A stretch of DNA of 64,000 nucleotides. Source: Candidatus Limnocylindrus sp. (GTDB lineage: Bacteria; Chloroflexota; Limnocylindria; Limnocylindrales; Limnocylindraceae). Where the stretch lies: assembly GCA_040397175.1 (NCBI GenBank), contig JBBAWM010000002.1, positions 160,001 through 224,000 on the forward strand. The letters run 5' to 3'. Within the stretch, counting starts at the first letter, position 1; each line of letters opens with the position of its first letter. Below the pieces are notes generated by a model, which was not told the origin of the DNA, made no database searches, and saw only the letters and a program-made list of their open reading frames with translations. The translations under genes and the position numbers were made by a program. Positions 9,301-17,778 of this stretch are shown in pieces.

Positions 9301-9588
9301 CTCCGTAAATGTGAGCGCCAAGATCTCTTCTGGTTCGGCTCGCTTCTCGGCGATGAGCCAAGCGACACGGCGCGTGATGACTTGCGTCTTCCCTGTGCCT
9401 GCACCGGCCACGACGAGGAGTGGCCCCTCGCCGTGTGTGACGGCGGCGTACTGCTCATCGTTCAGATCATCAACAAGATGGGCGATCGTCGGCGTTGGCG
9501 CAGTGGGACGCTTCGGTGTGATCCCAGACCAGACCGGAAGCTGGGATCCACCCTCCCGCTCAGCCGCACCCTTGGCGCGCGAGGTCAC
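6394..9588 (-). CDS. UvrD/PcrA-family helicase fused to a C-terminal PD-(D/E)XK nuclease with a putative Fe-S Cys set
   Basis: AGAGTGKT, LTFT, VDEYQD, VGDDDQSIYRFRGA, TIHQAKGLEF, YVALTRA. Nuclease GRWDRVD...DYKTG...QLQLYA. Cys in ACPL and CTYCSYRELC. Confidence 0.9.
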   Translation of the reverse strand: MTSRAKGAAEREGGSQLPVWSGITPKRPTAPTPTIAHLVDDLNDEQYAAVTHGEGPLLVVAGAGTGKTQVITRRVAWLIAEKRAEPEEILALTFTERAAEEMQGRVDRLVPYGYATTPIKTFHAWGDELLRANAHRLGLSGELRVLGRAEVVLLLREHLFALGLKRFLPLGDPTRFLGDIAAYFSRAKDEALGPDEIQGFATELQARASEARSAAPAIADLELRRNLVSYADAVDLLATEHGELSAALRTYRTILNERGLIDFGDQVLRAYELLLDDPLVAARAREQHRWILVDEYQDTNRLQGALVDLLADGRRNLTVVGDDDQSIYRFRGAAISNILNFTERYPDASKVVLTKNYRSTGSVLAAARRLIRFNDPERLEVRLGISKELTPEGMPGDSLPVTFRRFRTTANEADWIAAEIRESIAGGRRARDHAVLVRANVDSVEVGRSLNMLGIPWRSSGAAGLYDRPEVRLLLAGLRHAADPDAAAPLFLIAAESRFKVPPTILAAAVGKSRRDHISLRESLATVGAGNEATDRLLERLAGVVQESVERTSGEVLYRWLRESGLLAELTREATPESDERIRNIGRLFDVVRSRSRLLELDRAPFLVRYLEELGEAGDDPSAADVDPDLDAVALLTIHQAKGLEFPVIFVANLVEGRFPAKGRPPRLALAAELGGADDVVPRDPRTPEGATEEEEEALREERRLAYVALTRACERLALTAAERSSGGVRPRKVSRFIAEALDLSREQLEKFPLTGEPTSTIEGLAIVAPPLPVLPHREPVLAESAPLTLSFTAIEAFIACPLRYHYQQRLRIPLPPHHSATYGAAMHAAVAEFHRGQMAGAPPQLDQLCAALERSWQSAGFLSRSHEEARHTAAQEAIARFRSEEIATGHVPAYVEQDFSFELGGHKIRGRWDRVDVQALPPEGRSAPIPTIDVPGDVLRPTLPLGDDEWVVVSDYKTGGRDDEEASRKRAKESLQLQLYALAWRAATGRLPDEVSLRFLDTGRVATVPVEPKRIMKAREQIVLAAEGILTGVMEPKPELMTCTYCSYRELCPASKAPAGRPA

Positions 9589-10088
9589 CGTTGTGGAGCG
9601 GTAAAGGCAGGCTGCGCCAGGGCGGCGGCGATTGCCGCCGACTCCTCCTCGCCCAGGGTCCCCTCACCCCGGCCCAGAAGGACGCGCTTCACATAAATGC
9701 GCGTGCCGACGCGAGCATGCAGCGCGGTGATGACCACGCCACTCCCGACCGCGTCGAGGAGCGCCAGGGCGGTACTTTGGCCACCGCCAACATCTTCGAA
9801 CGCTTGGAACTGGATGAGACCCATGCGACTGAGTGCACCGGGGGCGGCAGCCTCGAGGGCGGTGAGGCGCGTCCCCGCCGCATGTGACGTGACGCCGTGC
9901 TCGGTGACCCGCTCAAGCACCTGGGCGAATCGCTGCTCAGCGGTCAGCGGTTCGCTCCCAGAGACGAGCGCCGCGTAGTCGGCGCGGAGGCGGCGGAGGT
10001 TACGGATCGAAAGGAGGGCCACAAGGAGTGCGAACAGGGCAAGGAGCGCCCCCGCGATGCCGATGGCAAGGAGAACTTCGCTATCCAC
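9585..10088 (-). CDS. DUF4446-like membrane-anchored protein
   Basis: N-terminal TM and the pattern FQAFEDVGGGQS.ALALLD..GSGVVIT...RIYVK...EEE. Confidence 0.7.
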   Translation of the reverse strand: MDSEVLLAIGIAGALLALFALLVALLSIRNLRRLRADYAALVSGSEPLTAEQRFAQVLERVTEHGVTSHAAGTRLTALEAAAPGALSRMGLIQFQAFEDVGGGQSTALALLDAVGSGVVITALHARVGTRIYVKRVLLGRGEGTLGEEESAAIAAALAQPAFTAPQR

Positions 10089-10166
10089 GGAGGCATCCTA
10101 TCAGCCCCCACCGCCCACTAGACCTGGGTCAGGTATCCTCAGCGAACGAACCGGTGAGGAGGAGTC

Positions 10167-10502
10167 ATGGCAAAACGAGAGAAGCGCTTCCGCCCCGACC
10201 AGCGCCCAAAGTTGAAGCCGCATGCCGACGCGCCCAAGCGCGGTTTGACCCCGGCCGAGGAGGTCGCGGCCGCCGCCTACGAGGCGACCCTCGCCGCCCC
10301 GAAGAACACCATCGTTTCGGGAACCTCCGCGCCGATCGGTAGTCGAGCGGCATCGGCGCAGCGGCTCACCGCTGAGATCGCCGAAGAGATGCCCATCGTG
10401 CGCCGCGACCTCCGTCGCATTCTGCTTACGTATGGCGCGATGCTCGCGCTGCTCGCCGCCATCTGGTTCGTCGCAACCAGAACCGGTTTCGTCGCCGCCT
10501 AG
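10167..10502 (+). CDS. Small hypothetical protein with C-terminal TM
   Basis: Strong SD GAGGAGG, upstream TATCCT at 10134-10139, basic N-terminus, C-terminal hydrophobic helix. Confidence 0.7.
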   Translation: MAKREKRFRPDQRPKLKPHADAPKRGLTPAEEVAAAAYEATLAAPKNTIVSGTSAPIGSRAASAQRLTAEIAEEMPIVRRDLRRILLTYGAMLALLAAIWFVATRTGFVAA

Positions 10503-10545
10503 ACCGCGCACGCACCCCCCCCCACCGCGCGTGGGATGAGCCCGC

Positions 10546-10923
10546 CTACAGTGCGCGTCCGATCGCGGCCCCAAGGAGCGCGCACATCGCCCCGAGCGCC
10601 ACAGAGCCCACCGCGTAGGCTGCCGCACTCATCGTGTCTCCTGCCGTCACGAGACGAGAGAGCTGCAGGGAGAGCGCTGAGAAGGTCGTGAACCCGCCGA
10701 GCAGTCCAGTGATGAGGAGTGGCCGAAGCTCCGAGGGCACCATCGAGCGTTCGACGATGAGGGTCACCAGCAGCCCAGCGAGCAGGGAGCCGACGAGGTT
10801 GATTGTGAGGGTGCCGTGCTCCGCGAGCCAACCTGCTCGAGCAACAGCCTGGTCCATAAGTGCACGCGCGACGGCGCCAAACGCGCCGCCGAGGGCAACG
10901 AGCAGCAGCTCCACGCCGCTCAT
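10546..10923 (-). CDS. crcB: Fluoride efflux channel CrcB/Fluc
   Basis: GGAFGAVAR, GTLTINLVGS and TGLLGGFTTFSA motifs. Confidence 0.9.
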   Translation of the reverse strand: MSGVELLLVALGGAFGAVARALMDQAVARAGWLAEHGTLTINLVGSLLAGLLVTLIVERSMVPSELRPLLITGLLGGFTTFSALSLQLSRLVTAGDTMSAAAYAVGSVALGAMCALLGAAIGRAL

Positions 10924-11669
10924 GGCGCCAAAACCTCGTCCATAAAGCTGCGACTCTTCGGCTCCGCGCCAAAGAGGAGATGCACCGCACCACGCAGCGC
11001 CCAGCTCACCTCACGTTGGGGGGCGGCCGGCAGCGTAAGTGCGACGAGCTCCTCTGGCGCAAAACGGCGCAATGCGCGCATGAGTCGCAATGCATCGCTG
11101 GAGAACGCCGCCCCAAGCGCATGGGCTGTACAGCGGATGCCCGCCCCTTCGTCATCCCAGCGAAGTGCCTCACCAGCGATGGGGGCGCGTCCACACGTCA
11201 GGCAGAGATCGAGTTCGGGGCCCTGCCCCGCGGCGTCTAGGAGCGCAAGTTCAGCCCAGCGCGCCACGAGTGCATCGGGTGCGCCAGCCTCCAAGAGATC
11301 CCAGGCGTGAAGGAGTAGCTCATAGAGTTCTGGTTCGGGCTGCTCATCGCTCGTTCCACGTTCCACCAGCTCTGCAACGTACCAAGCGACCGCCGCGCTG
11401 CCGAGTCGACTGCGCAAGCCGAGCCAAACTCGCACGCTCCGAACCTGCGTCACGGTATCGAACGTCCTCCCCGTGATCAGGGCAAGGTCAAGTTCAGCGA
11501 ACGGTTCTACCCCCCCACCGAGCCGGCTGGTCGGCTTACGGACCCCCTTGGCGATCGCCTTGAACTTGCCGCGTGTGGCCGAAAGGAGGGTGAGCACACG
11601 ATCGGCTTCACCGAAGCGGAATCGAGAGGTGACGACGGCCAGCGACGTAGTGCTTTGACGTGCAGGCAT
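10920..11669 (-). CDS. recO: DNA repair protein RecO
   Basis: GEADRVLTL, AIAKGVRKPTSR and a CxxC zinc module. Start trimmed to ATG 11669. Confidence 0.92.
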   Translation of the reverse strand: MPARQSTTSLAVVTSRFRFGEADRVLTLLSATRGKFKAIAKGVRKPTSRLGGGVEPFAELDLALITGRTFDTVTQVRSVRVWLGLRSRLGSAAVAWYVAELVERGTSDEQPEPELYELLLHAWDLLEAGAPDALVARWAELALLDAAGQGPELDLCLTCGRAPIAGEALRWDDEGAGIRCTAHALGAAFSSDALRLMRALRRFAPEELVALTLPAAPQREVSWALRGAVHLLFGAEPKSRSFMDEVLAP

Positions 11670-11740
11670 GTTGAGCAGGGTAGCATTGCCCCACAGCCGC
11701 GCCGCGTTCAATCGCGTCGGGTAAGGGGTAGGGGGGACGC

Positions 11741-12790
11741 GTGAGCGAACAGCAGCAACAGGGGGCCGGTGACCTGCTCAGCCTGAACCTCGACGAATTA
11801 GTGGCGGCAACTGATCGCACCATCCTTGGGCTGCTTACCGAATGGGAGGAGCCGATTACGGCCCCCATGTACGAGCAGATTCGCTATCACCTTGGCTACA
11901 CCGATCCCGCCGCCCGACCTGGGAAGCGCATGCGCCCACTCCTCGGACTCCTCGCCTACGCCTCAATCTCGCCCGACTGGGATCGCGCACTCCCTGGTGC
12001 CGCGGCGGTAGAGCTTGGGCATAACTTCTCACTCGTCCACGATGACATCGAAGATGGTGATGCCGAGCGGCGCGGTCGGCCGACCCTCTGGGTGCGAGAT
12101 GGTGTGCCGCACGCAATCAACACGGGTGATGCCCTCTTCACCATCAGCCGTGTTGCGCTCCATCACCTCACCACCCTCGGTTTCTCTGACACGAAGGTCC
12201 TTCGCCTCATGAAGCTCTACGACGAAACGTGCCTGCGCCTCTGCGAAGGGCAATTCATCGATATTGCCGCGAGCGCACGCACGGAGATGCAGAGCGTTGA
12301 ACACTATTTCGAGATGATCGGCCGTAAGACTGCAGCCCTAATCTCTGGATCGGTAGAATCTGGCGCGATCCTTGCGAGCGACGACGAGGAGGTCATCAGG
12401 CACTTCCGAAACTTTGGCTGGGCCCTTGGGCTCGCCTTTCAGATCAACGATGACCTGCTTGGCATCTGGGGCGACGAGGCCGCTACGGGAAAAGAGGCGT
12501 CAGATCTCGCCCGCCATAAGAAGACGCTGCCGGTACTCCACGCCATGGAACAGGCCAGCCCCGCCGATCGCACCACTCTCACGAAGCTCTATGCCGAGCC
12601 AAACCCTGGTGCGGATGCAGTCGCTGCAGGATTAAAGGTTCTTGAGCGCACCGGATCACGCGAATACACCCGCATGCAGGCGCAGGAGTGGCGCGCCAAG
12701 GCCATTAGTGAGATCCGTAGTCTCTCGCAGCTCAACCCACGCGCCGTCGCCAAGCTTGAGGAGATTATTGACCGGGTGATCTCCGCCTAA
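11741..12790 (+). CDS. Polyprenyl diphosphate synthase (IdsA/GGPP synthase-like)
   Basis: GKRMRP, SLVHDDIEDGD..RRG (FARM), GQFID, KTA and FQINDDLL (SARM). Confidence 0.9.
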   Translation: MSEQQQQGAGDLLSLNLDELVAATDRTILGLLTEWEEPITAPMYEQIRYHLGYTDPAARPGKRMRPLLGLLAYASISPDWDRALPGAAAVELGHNFSLVHDDIEDGDAERRGRPTLWVRDGVPHAINTGDALFTISRVALHHLTTLGFSDTKVLRLMKLYDETCLRLCEGQFIDIAASARTEMQSVEHYFEMIGRKTAALISGSVESGAILASDDEEVIRHFRNFGWALGLAFQINDDLLGIWGDEAATGKEASDLARHKKTLPVLHAMEQASPADRTTLTKLYAEPNPGADAVAAGLKVLERTGSREYTRMQAQEWRAKAISEIRSLSQLNPRAVAKLEEIIDRVISA

Positions 12791-14103
12791 TCGGCATCCG
12801 GCTTCGCAGCAGATGAATCCCAGGTTACACGGACCTTCCCGACACGACGTCCGATCACCTTGATGACCGAGATCGCAAAGGGCGCAACCGCGACCCTGTC
12901 GCCCACGACGGGGACGCGACCGATGCGGTGATACACGAATCCTCCCACCGTGTCGTACTCCTCATCATCTTCAAGCTCGAGCGGTGGATCCACGAGCTCA
13001 CCCAGCTGATCGATGTCTGCCCGGCCGTCCAAGATCGCCTCCCCATCGCGAACAAGCACCTTCATCGGCTCCTCTTCGTCAAACTCGTCTTGGATCTCAC
13101 CGACGATCTCCTCCAGGAGGTCCTCAATCGTTACGAGGCCCGCCGTTCCACCGTACTCGTCGAGAACGATGGCCATATGTACGCGACGACGCTGCAGCTC
13201 ATGGAGCAGGTCGTCGACCGACTGTGACTCGGGCACAAAGAGCGCGGGGCGCATGATGTCCCGCAGGCGTGGTCGGGGGCCTCCCGCCGCAATAATGCGC
13301 AGGAGGTCCTTTGCGTACAGGATGCCGACGATGTGGTCGACCGACTCCTTGTACAGGGGTGTACGACTGTGACCCTCGGTGAGCACCAGCGTGACCGCGT
13401 CGTCAAAACTTGCATCTTGGTCGATGGCCACGATATCGATGCGCGGCACCATCACTTCGTGCAGCTTGGAGTCGCTCAGCGACATCACGGCACTGATCAT
13501 CTGCTCCTCTTCGGCCTCCAGCACACCTTGCTGGCTCCCCTGCTCCACGATCAGGCGAATCTCCGCGGCGGAGAGCTCTGGGGTGCGCGTTGGGTCAATC
13601 CCGAAGGGCTTTGAAATGAGCTTGGTGAGCGCCACGAGCACCCCCACCAACGGGCTCACGATCTTGGCAAAGAGCGTGATTGGCCCAGAGACCGCGAGTG
13701 CGATGCGATCAGGGTTGGCAAGGGCAAACCCCTTCGGGATCAACTCGCCAAGCACGATGGAGACCACAGAGACGACAGAGGTGACCAACAGGAGGGCAAT
13801 CGTGTCGGCCTGGTCGGCAAGGAGGGCGATCCCTCGGAGGGGTTCGGCAACGAAGGTCACGATGCTCACGGCAGCGACCGCTGAGGCGAGTGCGCCGAGA
13901 AAGGTGATCGCGACCTGGATGACGGCGAGAAATCGCCCTGGATCTCGCATCAGCCGCTGGGCGCGCTTCGCGCGGCGATCGCCCGCCTCGGCCAGCTCGT
14001 CTAGGCGCGTGCGCCGCACGGAGACAAAGGCGATCTCGGCAGCAACGAAGAACCCGTTCACGAGGATGAGCAGCAGGATGACCAGGATGTCAGTGCCAAG
14101 CAT
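12787..14103 (-). CDS. CNNM/CBS/CorC 'hemolysin-family' protein
   Basis: [44 protein letters not shown] and a CorC domain. Confidence 0.92.
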   Translation of the reverse strand: MLGTDILVILLLILVNGFFVAAEIAFVSVRRTRLDELAEAGDRRAKRAQRLMRDPGRFLAVIQVAITFLGALASAVAAVSIVTFVAEPLRGIALLADQADTIALLLVTSVVSVVSIVLGELIPKGFALANPDRIALAVSGPITLFAKIVSPLVGVLVALTKLISKPFGIDPTRTPELSAAEIRLIVEQGSQQGVLEAEEEQMISAVMSLSDSKLHEVMVPRIDIVAIDQDASFDDAVTLVLTEGHSRTPLYKESVDHIVGILYAKDLLRIIAAGGPRPRLRDIMRPALFVPESQSVDDLLHELQRRRVHMAIVLDEYGGTAGLVTIEDLLEEIVGEIQDEFDEEEPMKVLVRDGEAILDGRADIDQLGELVDPPLELEDDEEYDTVGGFVYHRIGRVPVVGDRVAVAPFAISVIKVIGRRVGKVRVTWDSSAAKPDAD

Positions 14104-14105
14104 CG

Positions 14106-15479
14106 CTACGCCTCTCGGATGATGCGGGCTGGAACTCCCACGGCCGTACAGCCATCAGGGATATCGGCGAGCACCACGGTGCCCGCTCCGGTCTTCGCGC
14201 CGATGCCAATGCCCGCGGGCGCAACGATGAGAGTCCCCACGCCGGTGAACGCATCCGCGCCGATCACCGTCGTATGCTTCTTTACGCCGTCGTAGTTCGC
14301 CGTAATCGTGCCCGCACCAATGTTCGCGCGCTCCCCCACCTCAGCGTCGCCAAGATAGGAGTGATGGCCAACCTTCGCTCCGGCCGCAAGGGTGGTCGCC
14401 TTCAACTCGGCAAAGTTCCCCACATGGCAGCCAGCCGAAATGGTGCAACCGGGTCGAATGTGCGCGAATGGGCCCACATCCACCTGCGACGCGAGTGTCG
14501 AGTTTTCTATCGCTGATGAGCGCACGGTGCAATCGTCGCCAATGGAAGTTGCCTCAATCCGTGAACCGCTGCCGATTCGCGTCCTCGCACCAATCGAGGT
14601 CGCTCCTAGCAGCGTCACGCCCGGCTCGATCACGACATCGGCGGCGATTGCTACCTGCACGTCAATCCACGCTGTCGTTGGATCGATCAACGCGACACCA
14701 CGGTCGAGATGCCCCTCATTGATGCGCTCGCGGAGCGCAGCCAAGACGTCGGCAAACTGGTGGCGATCGTTCACCCCCTCAAGCTCGATCTCTGGCCCGT
14801 AGACGATTGGCGCTGGGGTGCCCGCGGCATGCGCTGCAGCAATCAGGTCGGTGAGATACAGCTCGCCGCTCGCCTTCGACGGCGCAATCGCTCCGAGCGC
14901 TTCGCTCAACCATGCTCGGTCAACGGCGTAGAGTCCAGCATTTACCGTGCCAATCGCACGCTGCTCGTCGGTGGCGTCACGCTCCTCAACGACGCACTCT
15001 GCAGTGCCATCGCTTGATTCAATCACCCGGCCGTAGCCCGTGGGGTCATCAGCATCGAAGGCTGCCAACGCGATCGGCGCGTTCGTCTCACGGCGAGCGG
15101 CAACAACTGCGCGCATCAGCGCGGCGGTGATGAGCGGCGTGTCGCCGCAGGCGATGAGGAGCTCCTTTGCAGAAGCTGGAAGGGCCGTGAGTGCGCACCG
15201 CACGGCGTCAGCGGTGCCGAGTGGTTTCGGCTGCTCCGCAACCGAGACCGCATCGCCCAGCATGGCAGCGAGGCCCGACGTGGCTGGCGAATGCACGACA
15301 ATGGATTTCGTGGCGAATGCCTCCGAAGCGGCTGCCACGACCCAGCCAGCCATTGGCCGACCGAGCAGTTGGTGCAGCACCTTGGGAACCTGGGAGTGCA
15401 TCCGCGATCCGACTCCGGCGGCAAGGATGATGGCCGTCACGCCCTCAAGGCGCTCCGGCCCGCGACTTGACGGGTTCAT
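14106..15479 (-). CDS. glmU: Bifunctional UDP-GlcNAc pyrophosphorylase / glucosamine-1-P acetyltransferase
   Basis: LAAGVGSRM..PKVLH, GYGR, YLTD, hexapeptide repeats, YLGDA, NIGAGTITANYDG. Confidence 0.95.
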   Translation of the reverse strand: MNPSSRGPERLEGVTAIILAAGVGSRMHSQVPKVLHQLLGRPMAGWVVAAASEAFATKSIVVHSPATSGLAAMLGDAVSVAEQPKPLGTADAVRCALTALPASAKELLIACGDTPLITAALMRAVVAARRETNAPIALAAFDADDPTGYGRVIESSDGTAECVVEERDATDEQRAIGTVNAGLYAVDRAWLSEALGAIAPSKASGELYLTDLIAAAHAAGTPAPIVYGPEIELEGVNDRHQFADVLAALRERINEGHLDRGVALIDPTTAWIDVQVAIAADVVIEPGVTLLGATSIGARTRIGSGSRIEATSIGDDCTVRSSAIENSTLASQVDVGPFAHIRPGCTISAGCHVGNFAELKATTLAAGAKVGHHSYLGDAEVGERANIGAGTITANYDGVKKHTTVIGADAFTGVGTLIVAPAGIGIGAKTGAGTVVLADIPDGCTAVGVPARIIREA

Positions 15480-15865
15480 CCTGCGGCGCCGCCTCGCTTG
15501 GCGATCGCTTCGATCTCTACCAAGCCACCCTTCGGCAACGCAGCAACTTGAATCGTTGAGCGTGCTGGATATGGCTGCGTGAAGGCTCGACCGTAGATCT
15601 CATTGACGGTGGCAAAGTCGGCAAGGTCAACCAAGAAGATCGTCGTCTTTACGATGTCGTCGAAGCCGTAGCCCGCTGCGGCAAGGAGGGCGCCGAGGTT
15701 CGTGACCGCCTGTTCCGCCTGCGCAGCAACACCGTCAGCGAGTGCGCCAGTATCGGGATGGAGTCCGAGCTGGCCCGAACAGAAGAGCTCATTACCAGCA
15801 GCGATAGCCGGGCTGTATGGCCCGATCGCGGCAGGAATTCCAGCCCCGGTAATCGAACGCTTCAC
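15476..15865 (-). CDS. ridA: RidA-family enamine/imine deaminase
   Basis: PAAIGPYS, SGQLG, VKTTIFL, PARS and LPKGGLVEIEAIA. GTG 15865 overlaps the upstream TGA. Confidence 0.9.
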   Translation of the reverse strand: MKRSITGAGIPAAIGPYSPAIAAGNELFCSGQLGLHPDTGALADGVAAQAEQAVTNLGALLAAAGYGFDDIVKTTIFLVDLADFATVNEIYGRAFTQPYPARSTIQVAALPKGGLVEIEAIAKRGGAAG

Positions 15866-17778
15866 GCTGCTCCCCTTTCGCCAGAACCTGGCGCAATTAG
15901 TCTCGTGGCGATGAGAGAGGGCGTGAGGCCTTCCGGCGCCACGAGCTCCCCGCTCGCAAGAGCATTGGCGACCAGGGTTGCCCCCTCCTCTGCCTCTCGC
16001 TGTGAAGGATAGAGGAGGAAGAGGGTTGGCCCCGAGCCTGAGAGGGAGAGCGGGCGCCCGAGGAGGCGTCGCAAGGCGTGGTCGAAGGGACGGAGCCACG
16101 GCGCCACCGCCCGGGCTGGGGCGAGAAGGTCGTTCGCCGATGCCAGTGCGGCGGCCCGCTGCAAGAGCCCCTCCCCGCTCAGTCCGACCGTGAGTTCCGC
16201 CGCCAGATGGTGGGAGCTCACCAGGGCGGCGCCCTGTGTCGTGCCGCGGAGCCCGGCGGCGAATGCGGCAAATACCTCGGGGGTGCGCAGTGGCAGTCCA
16301 GCGGTAATCAACAGTAGTCCCAGGGGCGCACCGATCCAGGGGGCAAGCGCGGTAACCGCCTCCCCGCGCCCCTCCACGAGTGCTGGGGTGCCGACGAGGA
16401 ACAGCGGAACATCTGAGCCAACCTCTGCGGCAACCTTGTGCAGCACCTCGTCATCCACATCCAAATCGAAGAGTTCGATGGCACCGCGCAGCGTTGCGGC
16501 AGCATCGCTTGAACCGCCCCCCAAGCCCGCCGCAACGGGGAGGCGCTTCTCCAGCACGATCTCCACGGGAGGGACGTCGCACACGCGGCGCAGCGCGGCG
16601 AGCGCCACAGCGCAAAGATTCTCGCCGTCAAGTTGCAGCGGCACACCAGCAAGCCGAATCGAATCTGCCCCCTCAGTCGATCGACGGAGCGAGAGGCGAT
16701 CGCCCGCCTCGAACTGCGCCACGACAGAATGAAGTTCGTGGTACCCATCTGACCGCTTACCAACAATGGCAAGCGACAAATTAATCTTGCCATGCGCCAC
16801 GATCTCAACCGTTGGATCAGCTTCTGGCAGGGTACGCGTCGTGTTTCGCTCAGGCGCCCCTGATGCCCCCCTTGTACTTCGCCGGGCAACCGCAGCGCGC
16901 GCGGCGTTGGTTGGCACGCCCCCGTCGAGCCCCGGGAGTTCAGCCAGGAGGCGGATCCAGTCCTTCACCGAAAGTGTTTGCGCACGCTGGTCGGGACTGA
17001 GATTGGCGCGACCGAGTGCCGCGACGATATCGCTCTCGAGGATTTGCAGCGCGCGAGGAAGTGCATTCCGCAGCTTCTTCCGCCGTTCTCGAAATCCTGC
17101 CTGCACAAGTCGCCAGAGGCGCTCCTCGTCGTGCGGGCTCAAGGTGAACGCGCCATCACCTGTGCGATGCTCAAGGAGCAAGATCGCCGAGTCCACCCCA
17201 GGCACAGGATCAAACGCCTCACGGGGCACTCGCGCGACGATTGAAGCAGCTGTTCTGGCCTGCACAAACGCGGTGAGGTACGACCAGTCGCCCGGTGCGG
17301 CAGCCACTCGCTCGGCCACCTCTAACTGCACCAACAGCACGATGCGTGCGGGGGGAACCGAGAGTAGCAACAGCCGATGCAGCAGTGGGCTCGTGACGTG
17401 ATACGGAATGTTTGCAATGACGCGCCAACTGCCACGAGAGGGCGCGAACGACTCGAGATCGACCGTAAGCGCATCGCCGTGGATGAGGGTCAACTGTCCC
17501 GCATTGATCTGCGTTGCAAACTTGTGTTGAAGGCGCGGGATGAGGTCCTTATCAAGCTCCACAGCAACGACGCTGGCGCCACTGGCAAGGAGTGCCTCAG
17601 TCAAGAAGCCGAGCCCTGGACCAATCTCCAGGACAAGCTCCCCTGGAGTGGGCGCTCCCGCCTGCACGATGCGATCTCGCACGTTCAGGTCGTGCAAGAA
17701 GTTCTGGCTGAGGCGCTTCTTCGCCGCATGGCCATCGATTCGTCCACGGCCTGGTGCAGTTTGATACATTGGGCTCAT
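15862..17778 (-). CDS. rsmA-ispE: Fusion: 16S rRNA m6,2A1518/1519 dimethyltransferase RsmA (KsgA) + 4-diphosphocytidyl-2-C-methyl-D-erythritol kinase IspE
   Basis: N-half: SQNFL, VLEIGPGLG, ANIPY, RRKKLRN. C-half: KINLSL, DGYHEL, AAGLGGGSSDAA, GSDVP, LSGSGPT. One uninterrupted frame. ATG 17778 overlaps the tsaD stop. Confidence 0.88.
   Translation of the reverse strand: MSPMYQTAPGRGRIDGHAAKKRLSQNFLHDLNVRDRIVQAGAPTPGELVLEIGPGLGFLTEALLASGASVVAVELDKDLIPRLQHKFATQINAGQLTLIHGDALTVDLESFAPSRGSWRVIANIPYHVTSPLLHRLLLLSVPPARIVLLVQLEVAERVAAAPGDWSYLTAFVQARTAASIVARVPREAFDPVPGVDSAILLLEHRTGDGAFTLSPHDEERLWRLVQAGFRERRKKLRNALPRALQILESDIVAALGRANLSPDQRAQTLSVKDWIRLLAELPGLDGGVPTNAARAAVARRSTRGASGAPERNTTRTLPEADPTVEIVAHGKINLSLAIVGKRSDGYHELHSVVAQFEAGDRLSLRRSTEGADSIRLAGVPLQLDGENLCAVALAALRRVCDVPPVEIVLEKRLPVAAGLGGGSSDAAATLRGAIELFDLDVDDEVLHKVAAEVGSDVPLFLVGTPALVEGRGEAVTALAPWIGAPLGLLLITAGLPLRTPEVFAAFAAGLRGTTQGAALVSSHHLAAELTVGLSGEGLLQRAAALASANDLLAPARAVAPWLRPFDHALRRLLGRPLSLSGSGPTLFLLYPSQREAEEGATLVANALASGELVAPEGLTPSLIATRLIAPGSGERGAA

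Noticed and set aside
10503-10545. C9 homopolymer as a phase-variation tract
   Set aside because: It lies between two convergent stop codons, so a length change would not alter a coding frame or promoter.
10920-10990. Fluoride riboswitch upstream of crcB
   Set aside because: The crcB start overlaps the recO stop (ATGA), so there is no leader, and I saw no matching motif.
12787-14103. 'Hemolysin' as a virulence factor
   Set aside because: The CNNM/CBS/CorC architecture is a widespread divalent-cation homeostasis family.
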